Shown piece after piece: positions 39,061 to 53,462 of a DNA stretch of 64,000 bases (position 1 is its first letter; each line of letters starts with the position of its first letter). Location: positions 434,001 through 498,000 of the forward strand of contig JAQGDQ010000091.1 of NCBI GenBank assembly GCA_030141605.1, written 5' to 3'. The notes under the pieces were generated by a model. That model worked only from the letters and a program-made list of their open reading frames with translations. It did no database searches and was not told the origin of the DNA. The DNA is from Tubiluchus corallicola. Lineage: Eukaryota > Animalia > Priapulida. The position numbers and the translations under genes are program-made.

Positions 39061-41226
39061 TTAAGATCGCCTTACCGTAATTTACCAAGGAAGGCCAGTG
39101 GAGTTAGTGAATGCAGTTAGATAAAAGACGAAACATTCAAAGATTACCACAAATTCAAACAAAATTAATAGATGTGGATGGTCAGTCAAGGTGTCACTCA
39201 GTCGATTAATAAGTGGGGTTGATAAGAATATAGTAACGTTTTTGAAGATGCGCATTAGAAAGGCAGTTATAGGCTACGATTCGTTAGATTTGTAATGAAA
39301 ATATGTATTTAGTGTATATCTCCTTCGCCATTTTCAATGTATAGTAAGCCTAAATTTAATATTTGTGAAAACTAAAATTGTCTGTCTTTTTCATACTTTT
39401 TTCCTTTTCCTAGAACTGCTCGCGTCAATTTGGTTGGGCACCGATATTTGACTTATTGAACGCAAAAACATGCTGCCTGCCTTTAAAAAGTCAATTACAA
39501 GCTTCACAATCACCGCCGTGCTCTAAAGATAACACAATCTTTGACTGTGGCAGTCCTTATGTATAAGATGAAACTGACATACGCCTACCAATTTGAAATT
39601 AAAGTGAAGTATTTGTACTAGAGGAAACGAATAACTCCTTAACGAGCTGGCTGAACATGGTTTGTTTGGCTCACTCTCATTTCAGCTACACAATGCGGGA
39701 CACTTTCCTAGAATGTACAGTCAGTGTCAGTCACCATTTCGGGGCGTTACGAATAAATGGCAAACGAATTGCGGTCGTTGCCACCGTCAGTTGTAAAATG
39801 GAAAACAAAAAAATATCCACATTTTACTTTCCCTTTTGAACAACGTTTCCAAAGCAACATTCAAATTATTAGCTAATTGAAATAAAAAAGTGGCCATGTC
39901 ACGGCATTTACATCTAGTAAGTTTGATTCAATGTTATTACATTAGTCGTATTAAAAAAAGTTTTCAATTTTATTAACTCCGGGTAATAATTGATGTCAAA
40001 TATATTGATTTATCACTCCGCCCCCACTGTAACGTAAGCACGCTTAGCAGCATTCGGGAAAACAGGTCACGCAGGACAACAACTGTCTAAGCTAAATTAA
40101 ACTAAACTAAACATCATGACAGTCACAACTAATGTCTAATCCGCAGATAAACTGATTGCACTTTTTCATTAATACAAATTTGCAGAGCAACAGCTATTTT
40201 TACACGAAATTAACACTTCAAGTAGCCAAAAAATGACTTTTCATTCTAAACAGAATGTAGAGACGAAGTTTCAAAGCACTGCAAAATACAGAGACGTAAG
40301 TATAATAAAGAAACTAAGCCCAGTTTGCCTTGCTTTGCAATAAATGACCAACAAAAATATTAAGTCTCTCTTTGAACATACGAACATCATACCTGCGATG
40401 TATTTTTCTATGCTAACTGATCATGTGCTCGTCTGCAAGATTTATTTAGTTTTCGTATTTTTCCGTTTGTCAGGCTACGGAAATGGAATAAATTTGATAA
40501 TTCCATTCCATAGACGACCCTTATATTGAATGCCCGAGTCACATGAGTCCCAATGGCATCTTTTAACCATGATTATAACCAGAAAAATAGCGTAAAATGA
40601 ACTAATATTACATAAGTTTTGACCACATTTGAATTAGTTTTGACTGTGAAGATCTCATTAAGGTTTATAAAAACTGGCCAGAAAAGAAAACATTTTGTTT
40701 TGTCCTTATTTAAAGTTAATCAAATAGTTGTTTTTGTCTACCTTGCAAAGTCATAAACTAAACTAAACTGCGTATTTTCTTGATTGCGAAATGGTTTAAT
40801 CAGCAACTCATAGAGGTAAGCGGTGTACATTTCTTCCTATAAACGAAACTAGACTATATATTTCTACTAATTCACTTGCAATTTCAATTGACAATAATAA
40901 AATCTAGAGCCAAGCCAATATTTCTCCCGCTAACTAATGAAAAGTTGAGCATTTTTTCATAACAGTATTAGACGCAGCTTTAGCTAAATGTCCCGAACGT
41001 GCCTGCGTTAATTAAGCTCTGCAGAGGTGCGAAATAACTTGCACGCTGATTGGCCAGTCAACGAAAATGACTGACATTATATTAGACGTCAATTGTTCAG
41101 AAAACGCTGAGATGCTAAGGTCATGAAGCCAAGTCCTACTTTGCTAAACTAAACAGACGCTTTAAATCCTTTGATGTCTTTTGTTTGGTAGTGTCTGTAA
41201 CAGACGTGAAATGCTTGCATATATAC

Positions 41227-41261
<35 letters not shown>

Positions 41262-41286
41262 CGACGACGACGACGAGGAGGACGAC
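41227..41286. repeat. Compound (GAT)n(GAC)n microsatellite
   Basis: Directly visible. Confidence 0.95.
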
Positions 41287-42724
41287 TATGGTAGCTAACA
41301 TTGATTAATCATAAAAAATCCATAGCGCTTTTTATTGCTGGAACAGTTTCACAAACCATTAAAATTATTCGTTCTCCTTTTCTTCCATTTCTTTCTTTTC
41401 CAAGAAATAATGTTTCAGTTGTTCAAATAACACTTTGTTAGTTCTTCAAAACATACTTAGTTCAAATCATACTCTGATGTCCCCAATAACACGTAATAAG
41501 CAAACACAGTAGATGCTTCTGAGTTTCCATTCATTTCGAGTTCAGGTGCATAGTTTGTTCGTATTACAATTTTAATTTAACTGTGAAGTTTAACATGTCT
41601 GTGTGAAACATTGAAAACGCCCCAAGCAGCAGTAAACCCACTTTTGACGTTTATATTACCGAATATTTTGAGCACCTGAATTAAACAGCAGTTTAAAATT
41701 CATTTCAAAATATTCTTTCAACTTTATAAGACTCCAACAAAAATATCCTTATATCAATGTTTGTATACGGATTTTGTGCCGTTTGCCACTAAAACGATAA
41801 TTTTAAACTTTGACCTTGAACATTCATCCTTATGTGGATGCTGGAGCAAAAAATGTTGTTTTTTGCATTCGTCAGGTCTTTTAAATAGTGCAGGCTGGGC
41901 CGGTGAAAGCACATAAATTCTTGATAAACAATTTTTCCATTGTTACTTAGTGATCAGTTGACTTTATTTAGGAAGCTTCTCTGTGGTGTGAGCAGTGGTA
42001 ACTATGTGGACTTCAGCAACTAAAATAATCACTGGTATGCTTCGTTTCTGCTGATATCAACAATAAATTCGTTACTACAAAACACTGCTTTCTAAAGATC
42101 ACAAAACCAGAGAGACAACAGAAAGACCTCAACATCTATAGTGGCAACTAGAAGGTATATATATGTGTGTGTACTACAAGCGATCCCACGCAATGTAGGC
42201 ATGGTTCGAGCCCGTTAGACAGATAGCCGGGCAGTCTAACTGTTGCCACATAACTTACCGAATTGTGAACAGGATCAAATAGTAAAATGAATAGTAGAAC
42301 TGAACGATAGAAATGCTATGCTAACATAGTAGTCCTATCGTCTCATACTATGCAGCAGAAGAAAAAAGGCCACCAGACCTGAAAGAATTGTAAGCCCTGC
42401 AGAGATCTATTCAACAAACTTGAACTGACTACCTACTGAAACTCCAATGTACATCTCGACTGGTAGGTGTTTTATAATTTTCAGGAGCCAAATATCCTAC
42501 ATTCAACAGTAACACTGATTCAGCTAATCAGAAACGAGCATTTTCGGAGTTGACCAGTGATAGCGAACCAGTAAAATGATTATGAAGCAATATTGATTAC
42601 ATTACTATCATTTAGGAGTGATACGTAACATTATACTATTATATTTACAGCTAAAAAGCTAGAGGTTGTTATAGCTACAGTCCATATATTACAGTGTACA
42701 CTATTTAACCACAACTGCACTAAC

Positions 42725-42948
42725 CTTGCAAAAGAATTTTCCTAAATGAATGTCTCGACGTGGAACAGTTCCAGCGGCGGTTGTAAAATTGAAATTGGCA
42801 CTCGTCTGTACCTAACTTGGCACCTCTTGCTACTTCAGCCACAATTTCGGGCTCGTGGTTGCAGATTTCTTTCTGTTTACCTTTTAATCTTCGGGTCTTT
42901 CGACAAATCCTGTTGGGATCCATTATTGTCAGGGGACTACCATACGTC
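42725..42948 (-). CDS. Wnt6: Wnt6 exon 2
   Basis: Acceptor cttcag ending 42949, donor gttagt at 42724. Encodes TYGSPLTIMDPNRICRK...ECQFQFYNRRWNCST...KILLQ. Confidence 0.94.
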
Positions 42949-43018
42949 CTGAAGTAAAACCATAATTAACTATATCATCTTCATCTTAATGTTCAAGAAG
43001 AACAGTTTAAAAAATTGT

Positions 43019-43135
<117 letters not shown>

Positions 43136-43249
43136 GAAAAAGATAAAGTTAAGGCTGAATTTTGAGCTATAAAGGACTTTGAAATTCGACGGCAATTATA
43201 TACTAGCTAAACCGAATACGGCGGCATAACCTGTGAGCTAGGCTGGCAG

Positions 43250-43390
43250 GACGATACGGCACAAAAAATAACGTACTTCGTACCTTTAAAAAATAAAGTA
43301 CCGTAATTTCGTACCATACTACAAAATTGAATCGTACCGTACCTATACTACAAAATATCGTATCGTAATTCCGTAACAAATTTCGTACCA
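43250..43390. repeat. Degenerate CGTAC/CGTACC-rich repeat, possible MITE subterminal remnant
   Basis: Multiple cgtacc, gtaccgta and cgtatcgta motifs clustered in 140 bp. Confidence 0.5.
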
Positions 43391-44284
43391 AGTGTATATA
43401 GGATCTACTATAGAAAGATAAATAGTGGCATAAAAGTTAATTGTAAAAACTATAAGTTTTTTGCTGTAAAATTATGCGTAGTATAAAAACAAAACTGTTG
43501 CTTGAATTTCCGTATTATATACATGTATTTTACAAATGTTACAAAAGTCACATGAAATTGTGCACGAGATTAATAATTATTTTGAGTTACTTTTTCTTAA
43601 TAAATAATTTTGTGACAGACACGACGACTTTTGTTCATTAACTAGTTTTTAGTAGTTGCCTTAACTTACATGCTCACTAATGATAATTTTTTAATGATGG
43701 TCTTGCCTAAAATATTTGTAACTATACCACGCAGTTGCACAATTTAACGTGCTAGATCGGTACGCCTAGATTTCTTTTGTTGGCAAAGCAAGTCTTTAAC
43801 TCAGATATTGCACTCAAGTTATGCAGATTTTTTGAAACAATAACGAATGTAGGTAGAAACGACGCAGGTAAAAATGGTGCAGACAATAGGCGCGATTATT
43901 ACCCTGCGATTCTTACCTGTGCTATTTTTACCGTGCTCGGCAGTACAGTCCTATACAAATCTCTGAAACAGCAGTTAGAGCAGCAGTGTTACATGAGTAG
44001 GTGTCAAACGTGGTAAGCAATATACCCAGTTTATATAGGTACAACAATAAAGGTAAGGTAGTTTACCGGAAAAGACAACCGGCGCTTCTAAACAACTTGC
44101 CACTTTTGCATGCAAAGCGAACAATCTAGCCGTTTTTATACGTGTGGTCTGTGTTAATTAGGAGAGAACAATAAAACTACACACAAAAAGGCAAAACAAG
44201 TCTTCACAAACGATACAAGAAACGATAAAATGGTACACAAAAGGTACGATAAAAGTTCAGAAAGGTAAAAAATTCTGTAATTCC

Positions 44285-44286
<2 letters not shown>

Positions 44287-44318
<32 letters not shown>
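44287..44318. repeat. (AT)n microsatellite
   Basis: Directly visible. Confidence 0.95.
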
Positions 44319-44322
<4 letters not shown>

Positions 44323-45044
44323 GCTTCAGAGGAATTGCCTCATAAATGGTTCATAGATATATTTTAAATAGATCCAAATTGCGCGACTGAACGTTATTTT
44401 TTGCACCTTAGCAAAATAATTAAATACAGAACTGAATATTTTACGCTGGAAATGTGTAGAACATTGAGTTACACAACTGATGAACTGTTTAAATAAATCA
44501 AATAAATTGCAACTTAATTATGTTGTAGATGATACAAGTTCCTTTCAAAATAATATTAATAGAGATTTAGTTAATTTTGGGTTGAAAAGTGAGGCTTAAC
44601 CCAACGCAAAAAATACCCTATAAATACATAATTTTTAGAAAATTAATAAAAGCGATCAATAATCCGGTGATTCCATAAGGTAGTCAAGTAAATTCCAACG
44701 CGTTTTACGTAAACGAATTTTAAATTGGTGGATCGCTCGTACATATGACTAAATCATGAATTTTAAGGATCATCGGCCATTTTTTTTACAAAATTGCTCA
44801 AAAAAGACCTTTAGATAAACAGCCTATTATATTTCCAATTTGACTTGGAATAACCACAAACGGAAGCAGGAAGGAAGCGAAAAGCGCAATTTTGACACCA
44901 AAATTTCGGCGAATCATATTTAAGAATATTGCTGTAACGCAGGTAATTACCTGGTAAATTTTTAACTCTACTTTTAATAAGTTAGCTCTACTTTCATTTA
45001 TTATTTTACTTACTTGCATTTATTACAGTTGATATTAATTTCAA

Positions 45045-45241
45045 CTAGTATAGTATAGTATAGTATAGTATAGTATAGTATAGTATAGTATAGTATAGTA
45101 TAGTATAGTATAGTATAGTATAGTATAGTATAGTATAGTATAGTATAGTATAGTATAGTATAGCATAGCATAGCATAGTATAGTATCGTATAGCATAGCA
45201 TAGCATAGCATAGCATAGCATAGCATAGTATAGTATAGCAT
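45045..45241. repeat. (TAGTA)n/(TAGCA)n pentanucleotide microsatellite
   Basis: Directly visible. Confidence 0.95.
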
Positions 45242-45684
45242 AATATAGTTAGTCTATTATAGTGTCCCCTTTCATCTTACAACAATTTAAAACGCAACAG
45301 TACAGTAAAATAAAAGCTACTCTATCGAAAGAGTTATGAGACACCTTAAAAATCATTAAAAGCAATCATTTTCGCATATAAATTTAAGCAGTCATTAAAC
45401 AAACATTAAAACATAACATATATATGGGGAAAACACCAGCTTTAAACACTTCTGAGAAGTTCTCTTATGTTTCGCACCTCATGACCAAGACAATTTACCT
45501 CATTCGGGTCTTAAAGCTCACTCATTTTTTGCCTGTAATTTAAAATTAGCCATGAAAAGTAAGCGTTTATTCAACTTGTGTCATAAAAGTGTTTGAATTT
45601 CTTTGCGTATGCTGCTCTTGTCTGGGCTCACCCAGCGAGACTATAAGATTTTAGGTATTTTACGTAAAGAGATAGCAAAAAGAA

Positions 45685-45688
<4 letters not shown>

Positions 45689-45741
<53 letters not shown>
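45689..45741. repeat. (AG)n microsatellite followed by a purine-rich tract
   Basis: Directly visible. Confidence 0.95.
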
Positions 45742-45744
<3 letters not shown>

Positions 45745-48700
45745 GGGAGAGAGAGGGGGGTAGACAGGGAGTGAGAGAAAGAGTAGGAAGGAATGAGTGA
45801 GAAAGAAAGAAAGAGTAGAGAGAGGGAGGAAGAAATAGACAAAAGATGAAGAAGAGGGATCTACAGAAGAAAGTTAATTTTACAGCTACATCCGCTGTGT
45901 ATTGCATGTAATTCCAAATGTGATGGAACACAAAGAGCAATAAAATAGTGCTATTAGAAAGTCACATACTTCCACAACCTAAAGGCAGTGCACTATAACA
46001 ACAAAGACCATGCAGACACGCCGAGGCTCAACATATACAGGCATAAAAACGAATGAATAATTAGCATATCTTAGAAAGCTAATAATAATAATTATAATGT
46101 TCTTATAAAAATCACCCAAACTCAGGTCATTGGAGACTCGCGATACAATCTGCAGCAAAAAAGTGAAAATATAAACACTGTTTCAGAAAAATAGAATTTT
46201 TCTGTTTTTGATATTATAACTAGTGCTATGCGGAAATATTGAATATGTGTGTTAACATGATTGTTGAAACAGGTGAAGATATAGTTAACAGGTAAACAAT
46301 TTTCTGGTAAATAATTCTGCAGATAAGAAGCTCAAGGAAGTTGATTTAAAGCAATTGTTTTGCATCTAGGAATGCTTAGTATACAAAACATGAAAACCAT
46401 GAACATACGAGTACTTCAATTACACTATTGATATTGGGAATTAATAGAAAGAAGCCCTAAGAGTCGATATAGGAGACTTAGTGTTTCAATAAACTTACAA
46501 TGAACAAGTTACTGTAAGGGGTTAACACTCAATCAGATCCAACTAGACTGATAATACGATTTCCCAATAATAATTATATTGAGCCTTATCCATATCATCA
46601 TCATCATCGTCTTCGTCGTCGATGTCACCAGCTACAATCATCATATTCATCATCATTGTCATTATTGTTAATAATGCTTTTGTTGTTATTACCATTATTG
46701 TTTTTCAGAACGACTTGCAAACAAAATCATCGGGTTTTGTCAGTCGCCTAAGTGACCTATCGTCAGGTAGTCCATAAGTGTTGGTAAACAAGTCAACTTT
46801 TTCAATCGGCTTACATTTTGCTAAGAATAATTACGCTTAAATAAATATAGATATCTAAAATGCGAATGAAATTCTCTGTAAAAATAAGATAAATGTGCCA
46901 GTACGAGTTGTGGATCGTTTGGCAAACAAAAATGGCCTGGTTGTCATGGTAAAGTTTATTCATTGAATTTTTATTCTGTAACTGGCTCTTGCGAAATATT
47001 GTAGAATTGATTTAAAATTTAAACTTTTTCTATTGCATTTTTATGTTGTACATGCACACAGTGCTGGCACCTAAAATAAAAAAGTTCAAAAACTTAATTA
47101 CACCTTTCCAAAGTGGACAACTTTTTCGACCTTTTATAGCATTTGGTACGGAAAGGACTGGTTCAGAATAAGGCATTATATCTAATTCATCCGTATTATT
47201 ATAGTTTAAACAGTTCTTTGGCAATAGAACTCGATTCTGCAATCAGTAATCAATAATGTCAGAAACGATAGATCTTTTGCTGATGGTTATATATGGTATT
47301 CTTAGGCTGAGACTGTAAATTCACATATTAAAGGTATTTTGTTTTTTCATGCACATTGAATTTAGGTGGGAAAATTGACAGAAAGTGTCCTTACCAAATG
47401 GAATGAAAAGTTATAAGATAGATGAAAAATCAGACGATAACTCATTTCTTTAATGCAAGAGTTTTTATTTATCTTTCTACTTCTCATTAGAATAATTCTA
47501 AAGTTTAAATTGCAAGAGTTGTTGGCTTATATTATAGGTAACCTAAAGCTGATGGAAGAGATTGTTAATGAACTCGCTCGTCTATTAGAGAGCTGAGTTC
47601 CTCCGTTCAGTTGCTCGAGCGAAGCGGATACTTTTACTATTGATAGTCTGGCTGGTGCGCCACTAATATAATAGTTGATAGCGTAGTTCTTGGCAGCTCG
47701 AGGATAATCAGTTCTCTAAACATCACTTCACTATCGACAATGCAGTCAGCAGACAGATGCAATTATAGGTTGTTTACTCAACTCATGCGATATGCTCGTT
47801 TTATAGGATAAAAACCAGAAAACTGGAACTGAAACGCTATCAGCGTTGTTTACTTGTCAGATGGCCCGATGTTTCTCGCCATGATCTTTGCCTGACATCA
47901 AGTAATGTGCCCATCATCATGAACAGAGCTTCACGTGGTCTGACCGAAAGAGGGCGCCTACAAACTCGACTTCCGGTTTAGTTAGCCGACAAGAAAGACA
48001 GACAAACGACACGAGTTAAGTGTCTGGATACACTAGACCCTGACTGAACCACAAACGGTTCAAAAGGTTACTACCGCATTTGTTTTGATCGGGAGGTACT
48101 TGGACGCCCTCTTTTGATGAGGATGACACCTCAATGCAACTTCGTCTGCGCTTCAAAATTTCTCACTTAGTAGATTAACTCCATCAGCAAATACAGCCGC
48201 CAGGGAAATAAGTACATAAACAGTTACAATAAAAATGCCAAGTTGCGCCCTCTTGTGATACAAACGCCTTCATTCATTGTTCGCTTTAATATTCACATAA
48301 TGAAATCGTAAATACTTTCTCTCAAATAATAATTGATTTTATTACCTTATAGGAGTATTTCTAATAAACCATACAAACTTTCAAATGGAGCTACTTTAAA
48401 TGGCCTGCTGGTTTAGTTTAACTATGAAAGCATTCTAGTAAAGTTTTGAAGAAACAAATACTTTTTCGTGCACAGTAAATGTTTACTGGACATTTACAGA
48501 AGACTAGAAACGTTTTATCAGCACTTCTTTAGTCGACTTCAAAAACAATTAATAACAAAACTGCAGACTTTAGACAACAAAAATCTGCTGCTTTATTGAC
48601 GTTACTTGTTTTAAACGTTATTATAAAATAATACTGTTACCCGAAGAACTGTCGAAGTTAAACATTTCTGGAATTCGGTATATATTCCAACATGCAACAA

Positions 48701-51700
48701 AAAGTTTTTCACGAAGTTTTGCTAAAATGTTGTACCACGAAGTAACTGTTCAAGTACCAGAGAAACATTCTGGTTCGTTAATTAGTTACTGAAATTTCTT
48801 CCAATTTAAATTTAAACTGTTTTCAATTGATTTCCTCAATTTTATCTATTTTCCGCAATTTTAGCTATTTATAGATTCGGTTAAAAATTTATGCATCAGA
48901 CTACCAATGATGACGGCTTCGACAATTTGGTCTGTTATTAAATGATTAACATTAAATGCATAATTTAGACGCGCGTATATACATAATTTCGTGTTACATT
49001 AACAAAATGAAGTGCAGTTGTGGTAATCTGAGCTAAAATATGCTGTTAACCTGCTGCTGAATTACTATAAGAGCTCAAGAAGAGTGTCAATTTATGCAGG
49101 CCGGTGCACAAGCAAATATAGTGTGTACTGTAATTGAATTCGCTAAATCAAATATGGTGACAGTTTGTCATGATACAAAAATGAATTAACGGGTCAGTTA
49201 TTATTCTGTAGTGTTAACACTCTCCTGCTGACTATTTTAAACTATATTACACAGAATGGCAATGCGATGTGATTTCTACATTTACACTAAAAACAATTAT
49301 ATGTTCCTTTAAAGCTGGCGCAGAGATATGCATGTTAACACTAATGCAGCAAAGCCTATAGTAGTAGACAAGTGTCCGCTTAACTGCTGATTCAACATCA
49401 TTATATCACCTTGGGCGTAGATTATATTAGTACTAGATGAGCAATTTTAAATGAATTTGAATATAAAACAAAATTGCAGTGATCAGAAAAATTGAATGGA
49501 AAAATTTTTGAAAGAAGTGTGGGCGTTTTTATCATATATTTATCAACAAACGTATATGACGTGACACTTCTACCTCGGCAGTGTCAAACAATTATCAAAG
49601 CGCGTTCAATCACGAGTATTACAAACAATCTGTCTAACTCAGAAAAAATAGGTAGACCTACACTTAGCTGTTCTATCGATGGCGTATAACATTCCTTTAT
49701 TAGTGACATACACAAAAAATATCCACAATACTTGCAGTAGCATGCAAAATTATTTCAAAAAATATTTTTTTCTTATAAAACCATTCACTTCTATTCGGTT
49801 CTTAACTAATGCAGCGGTGACGTTTGTGAGCTATAATGTGCTCCTAGCTCTGTCCAAAAAATCGCTTTTACAGTTTGAGCTTTAAAATGTCGTAAGTGAA
49901 AGATGACACAATAATAATCCAACTAATAATCCAATAAATGTGGCCTGTAAGGAAGCATTTTTTATATAGAAACGTGAGCAATAGGTAAGACATTTAAGTA
50001 GTTACAAGCGGATCGAGTACCTGGGCCTTATATCCCTTTCCAATTAACTTTTGCAAAACGCCAATATTTGTAAAGCGCATAATACTTTCGCATAGAGTGT
50101 AACGCCCCTTAACTCCATCCGTCTCCTGAGCTTCTTTTATGCTAAACTTGCATGCTTCAAGTTAACAAGGTTTTCTTGTTTACAAGCTTATGTTATGTAG
50201 GCATCGACTTTTGCAAAAGTAAATAGACCTATGTAATTTGCTCATCTGATTATCGATCTCTTATTACTAATTCTTTGAGAACAGCAAATGAGGTCAATTA
50301 AAATAAATTTGTTTGAGTTTTTTAGCCTGCTTTGTTCGCGTTTGTACTTTTGTTATTTAACTAAATTACACAAAACACTGGACGTTAGAATAGTGCCATA
50401 CACAGATGAGAATCTGACTGGTTAGCCTTAAAAAAACAACTGGGTCCTTATAGTATTTGTTAATTTAACTGGTGCAATTATTTTTTTTGAAGTGCGTATA
50501 GATGAGCTAAGTCAAGTAAAAAAAGTAATATAAAAGCTTTTGGACAAGAGATATGATTAGGAATTAAGTCAAGGAGAGACTTTTTCAGCGAAAGAAAATG
50601 ATAGACTTCCAAATAAAACTTCCTACATAGACGACTATTACGTGTTGCCTATGCAAAACCGCGAAACAAACATTGTATCTTGTTACATCTTACAATGAAT
50701 TCGGGTGCGATTTTTTTTTAATTTGGCTCAGCTCTTTTAAATTAGAAGAAAAAATAAGACGACTAATATTTTCTTCTTTAAAGTCATCGTGCTGCATGGA
50801 TGAGAAACAACCTTTGTACTGTACACTGTAGCAATTGTCAGTTGCTTGTACCTTTGTCTCGTGTTTGTCTGTTTTTGGTTTACGCCAGTCGACAAAAATT
50901 CCACTGCAGAAGAAAACATTCGGGTACCACTCATTTGTGCAACCTTTAGGTCAAAATCATCGCCCCGGGTTAAAATTCAATTAAATCGAGCCATAATTAT
51001 ACGGTTTTGTGGCACATCTTTAAGCAGAAACGCCAAGCAACAATGGAGTGAAGTCAATACACAGAATATTAAATTCACCAGCTTTAAGGATAATTATATG
51101 CTGTACGCGTTACATACAGACCACACCTCAAGAGCAGTTGGCTGTGAGTGACAATTTGGATAGTTAAAGTTGGTGTAAGAGTTTCGGCAAATATTGAAAC
51201 TACAATTTATCACTTGCAAGAGTCGGTTTTAGCCTATCGCTAATGTAGTGAACAATGAACGAATTTGATGAAATGACAAGAGAGATGATGAGAACTTCAG
51301 CCAATATGACTACTGGTGTATGGACTGTAATGTAGTACAGTCGACGAGATAATGACGGAGTTACCGAATGGCAGTTTGACAACAGCATGACAGCCTGCCG
51401 AGCAGCAAAATGGCAGATACTTTGTGTTTAAATCACATTGCCTGTCATTATGCCATTTAAATATGATTACTGTAGATTATACATATGTTTTAACCACATG
51501 CACTGCCTTCACCTGTCACAAAGTCGTTTTCAGACATTGACGTTGTTCACATGCGGTTCAGCAATAACTTGCACAATGTCAGTACCACAGTAGTAATATA
51601 GTAGTAGTGCCATAGTAGCAGTATAATTATTATCATATTTTAGGATTTGAAGGTGCACCTGTTTGTTTATTTGCCAAATGTGGTCTTGAAATTCTGTATA

Positions 51701-53385
51701 TATATATATATACATACATACATACGTGTGCCAATAACGGTTTGAACTCTAATCTGTATTTAGTTTCTCAATCAGCCTTCTTGAAAACAGACGTCAGTAT
51801 TACAAGTATTCTGTAAAAAACGCCTTTTGGCAAAATTATGGGTTCTTTTTTAACCTAAATTGTGTACTTGTATCGTTATATGTACATGGTTATATTGTTC
51901 TTGTCAATACACTATGGTTCAATAATTTTAGCCTCTCATCCGCAAAAGTTATCACACCATTTTTCTGGACAAGTCAATATACGTCCACCCTATATGTGTC
52001 TTTTTCAAAATTGCTTGGCCTCAGTCGATGTGCAGGATGTCTCAGAAGTCACTTTCAAATTTTCTTTTTTCTTTTTCCAGTCTCTTCAAGCTCTCAGCTG
52101 AATCAAAAGGGGGTTTGGCATGAATTTTTAATTATTTTTTTACTGGAATCCTTTTGCTGTGGCGACGATGGCAACGTTACAAATAAGGTGCAAAATCAAC
52201 ATTGCTGGAAGTCCTTCGATCATTAACTGATGTTAGCGGAAATTCAGATCACCATGTGGACCAACATTCACTATTAACAATGTTATTTCTCAGCGAAGTG
52301 CAACCGCTCACGGTGAGGAAGCCAAACAACAAAGCCAACTAGTGCAGTAGTTTTTTCAGATTTTCGTCTATGTGGCTAAAAGAATTGCCCAAGGTTCTTA
52401 TCTGTATCAATTTTCGAACATTTTGATTTGTTTGTTGAAAACTATAGAAAATATAAAGTGTATAGTAACTTCTGAAACACTCTGTACATTTTGTTATCCT
52501 GAAGAAACATCATTTCATTGTTTTAAAATTACAAGCACAGTCCAAAAATGATCACACTAATGTAACATAACAAATTATATTAGAGTACAGGATGTTTTCT
52601 GTTATTAGTCAGAAGATGTTGTAGCAAGTGCAAAACAACATTCATAATTTAGTTACTAATAGGCATTGACAAATGCACTTGAAATATACTTAGGTAAGAA
52701 CAAATTAGCCAGACACTGATTCAACAATAATTTATGCATATGATCGCATATCTATGATTGTCACTTAAAGATAGCCATGCAAATCCTAAAACTATTCACT
52801 TTATTCGCTATTATCTAAATTTACTTTAAGCAATTCATTTAATTATATGCTGTGTTCACAAATACTATATTCGAAATATTTACGTAGCTATATGGTAATG
52901 TTTTTCTATTTGCATTTTACAAGGAGTTTATTACTCCACAGTACCGTTTAACAAGATTGTTATACGATACAAAATTCTATAAACACATTTTTGTGAGATT
53001 AACAATTAATTTTAAACTAAATCTTCAAATTCTTTTACATAAAACTGACACGGTTAAGAACTTTTGATATCTGTCAAATTTAATGAATTGCAGCAATACT
53101 TCATTTGTTTATTTTATTGACATAGTATAACACTCGTAATATCACTTTTGCATACTAAAAATCACAGTGTATCTGATAATTTGGATATTTCCAAAAGAAC
53201 AAAGTGCTCGCTTATAGGTATGAGTAATATATAGAACAATATGTTACTGAAAATGTAGGTTTTAGTTACCCTTTACGTGGCTCTCGCACAATATAGCTAT
53301 AAAAAAGGAAAACAGCTTTTTTTTAATTTCATTACATTAAAAAGAGACATTTTGCGACAATGCAAAATGAACTATGCATACTTAC

Positions 53386-53462
53386 CAGCGTGTGCCGTCT
53401 ATAAAATGGATGGGTACGAGCAGCAGAAAAACGACTACAAGTACGAGCAGTTGTGAGTTCAT
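53386..53462 (-). CDS. Wnt6: Wnt6 exon 1 (signal peptide)
   Basis: ATG at 53462. Encodes MNSQLLVLVVVFLLLVPIHFIDGTR-W, a clear signal peptide. Phase-2 donor gtaagt at 53385; TG plus G completes Trp with exon 2. Confidence 0.88.

Noticed and set aside
41168-41176. TCF/LEF site CCTTTGATG as a Wnt feedback element
   Set aside because: An isolated short motif expected by chance in 64 kb of AT-rich DNA.
42195-42220. GGTTCGAGCCC B-box as a tRNA gene
   Set aside because: No cloverleaf or convincing A-box; at most a SINE remnant. The same applies near 33226.
45010-45940. YTILY, ERER and SLSL repeat ORFs
   Set aside because: Microsatellite artefacts.
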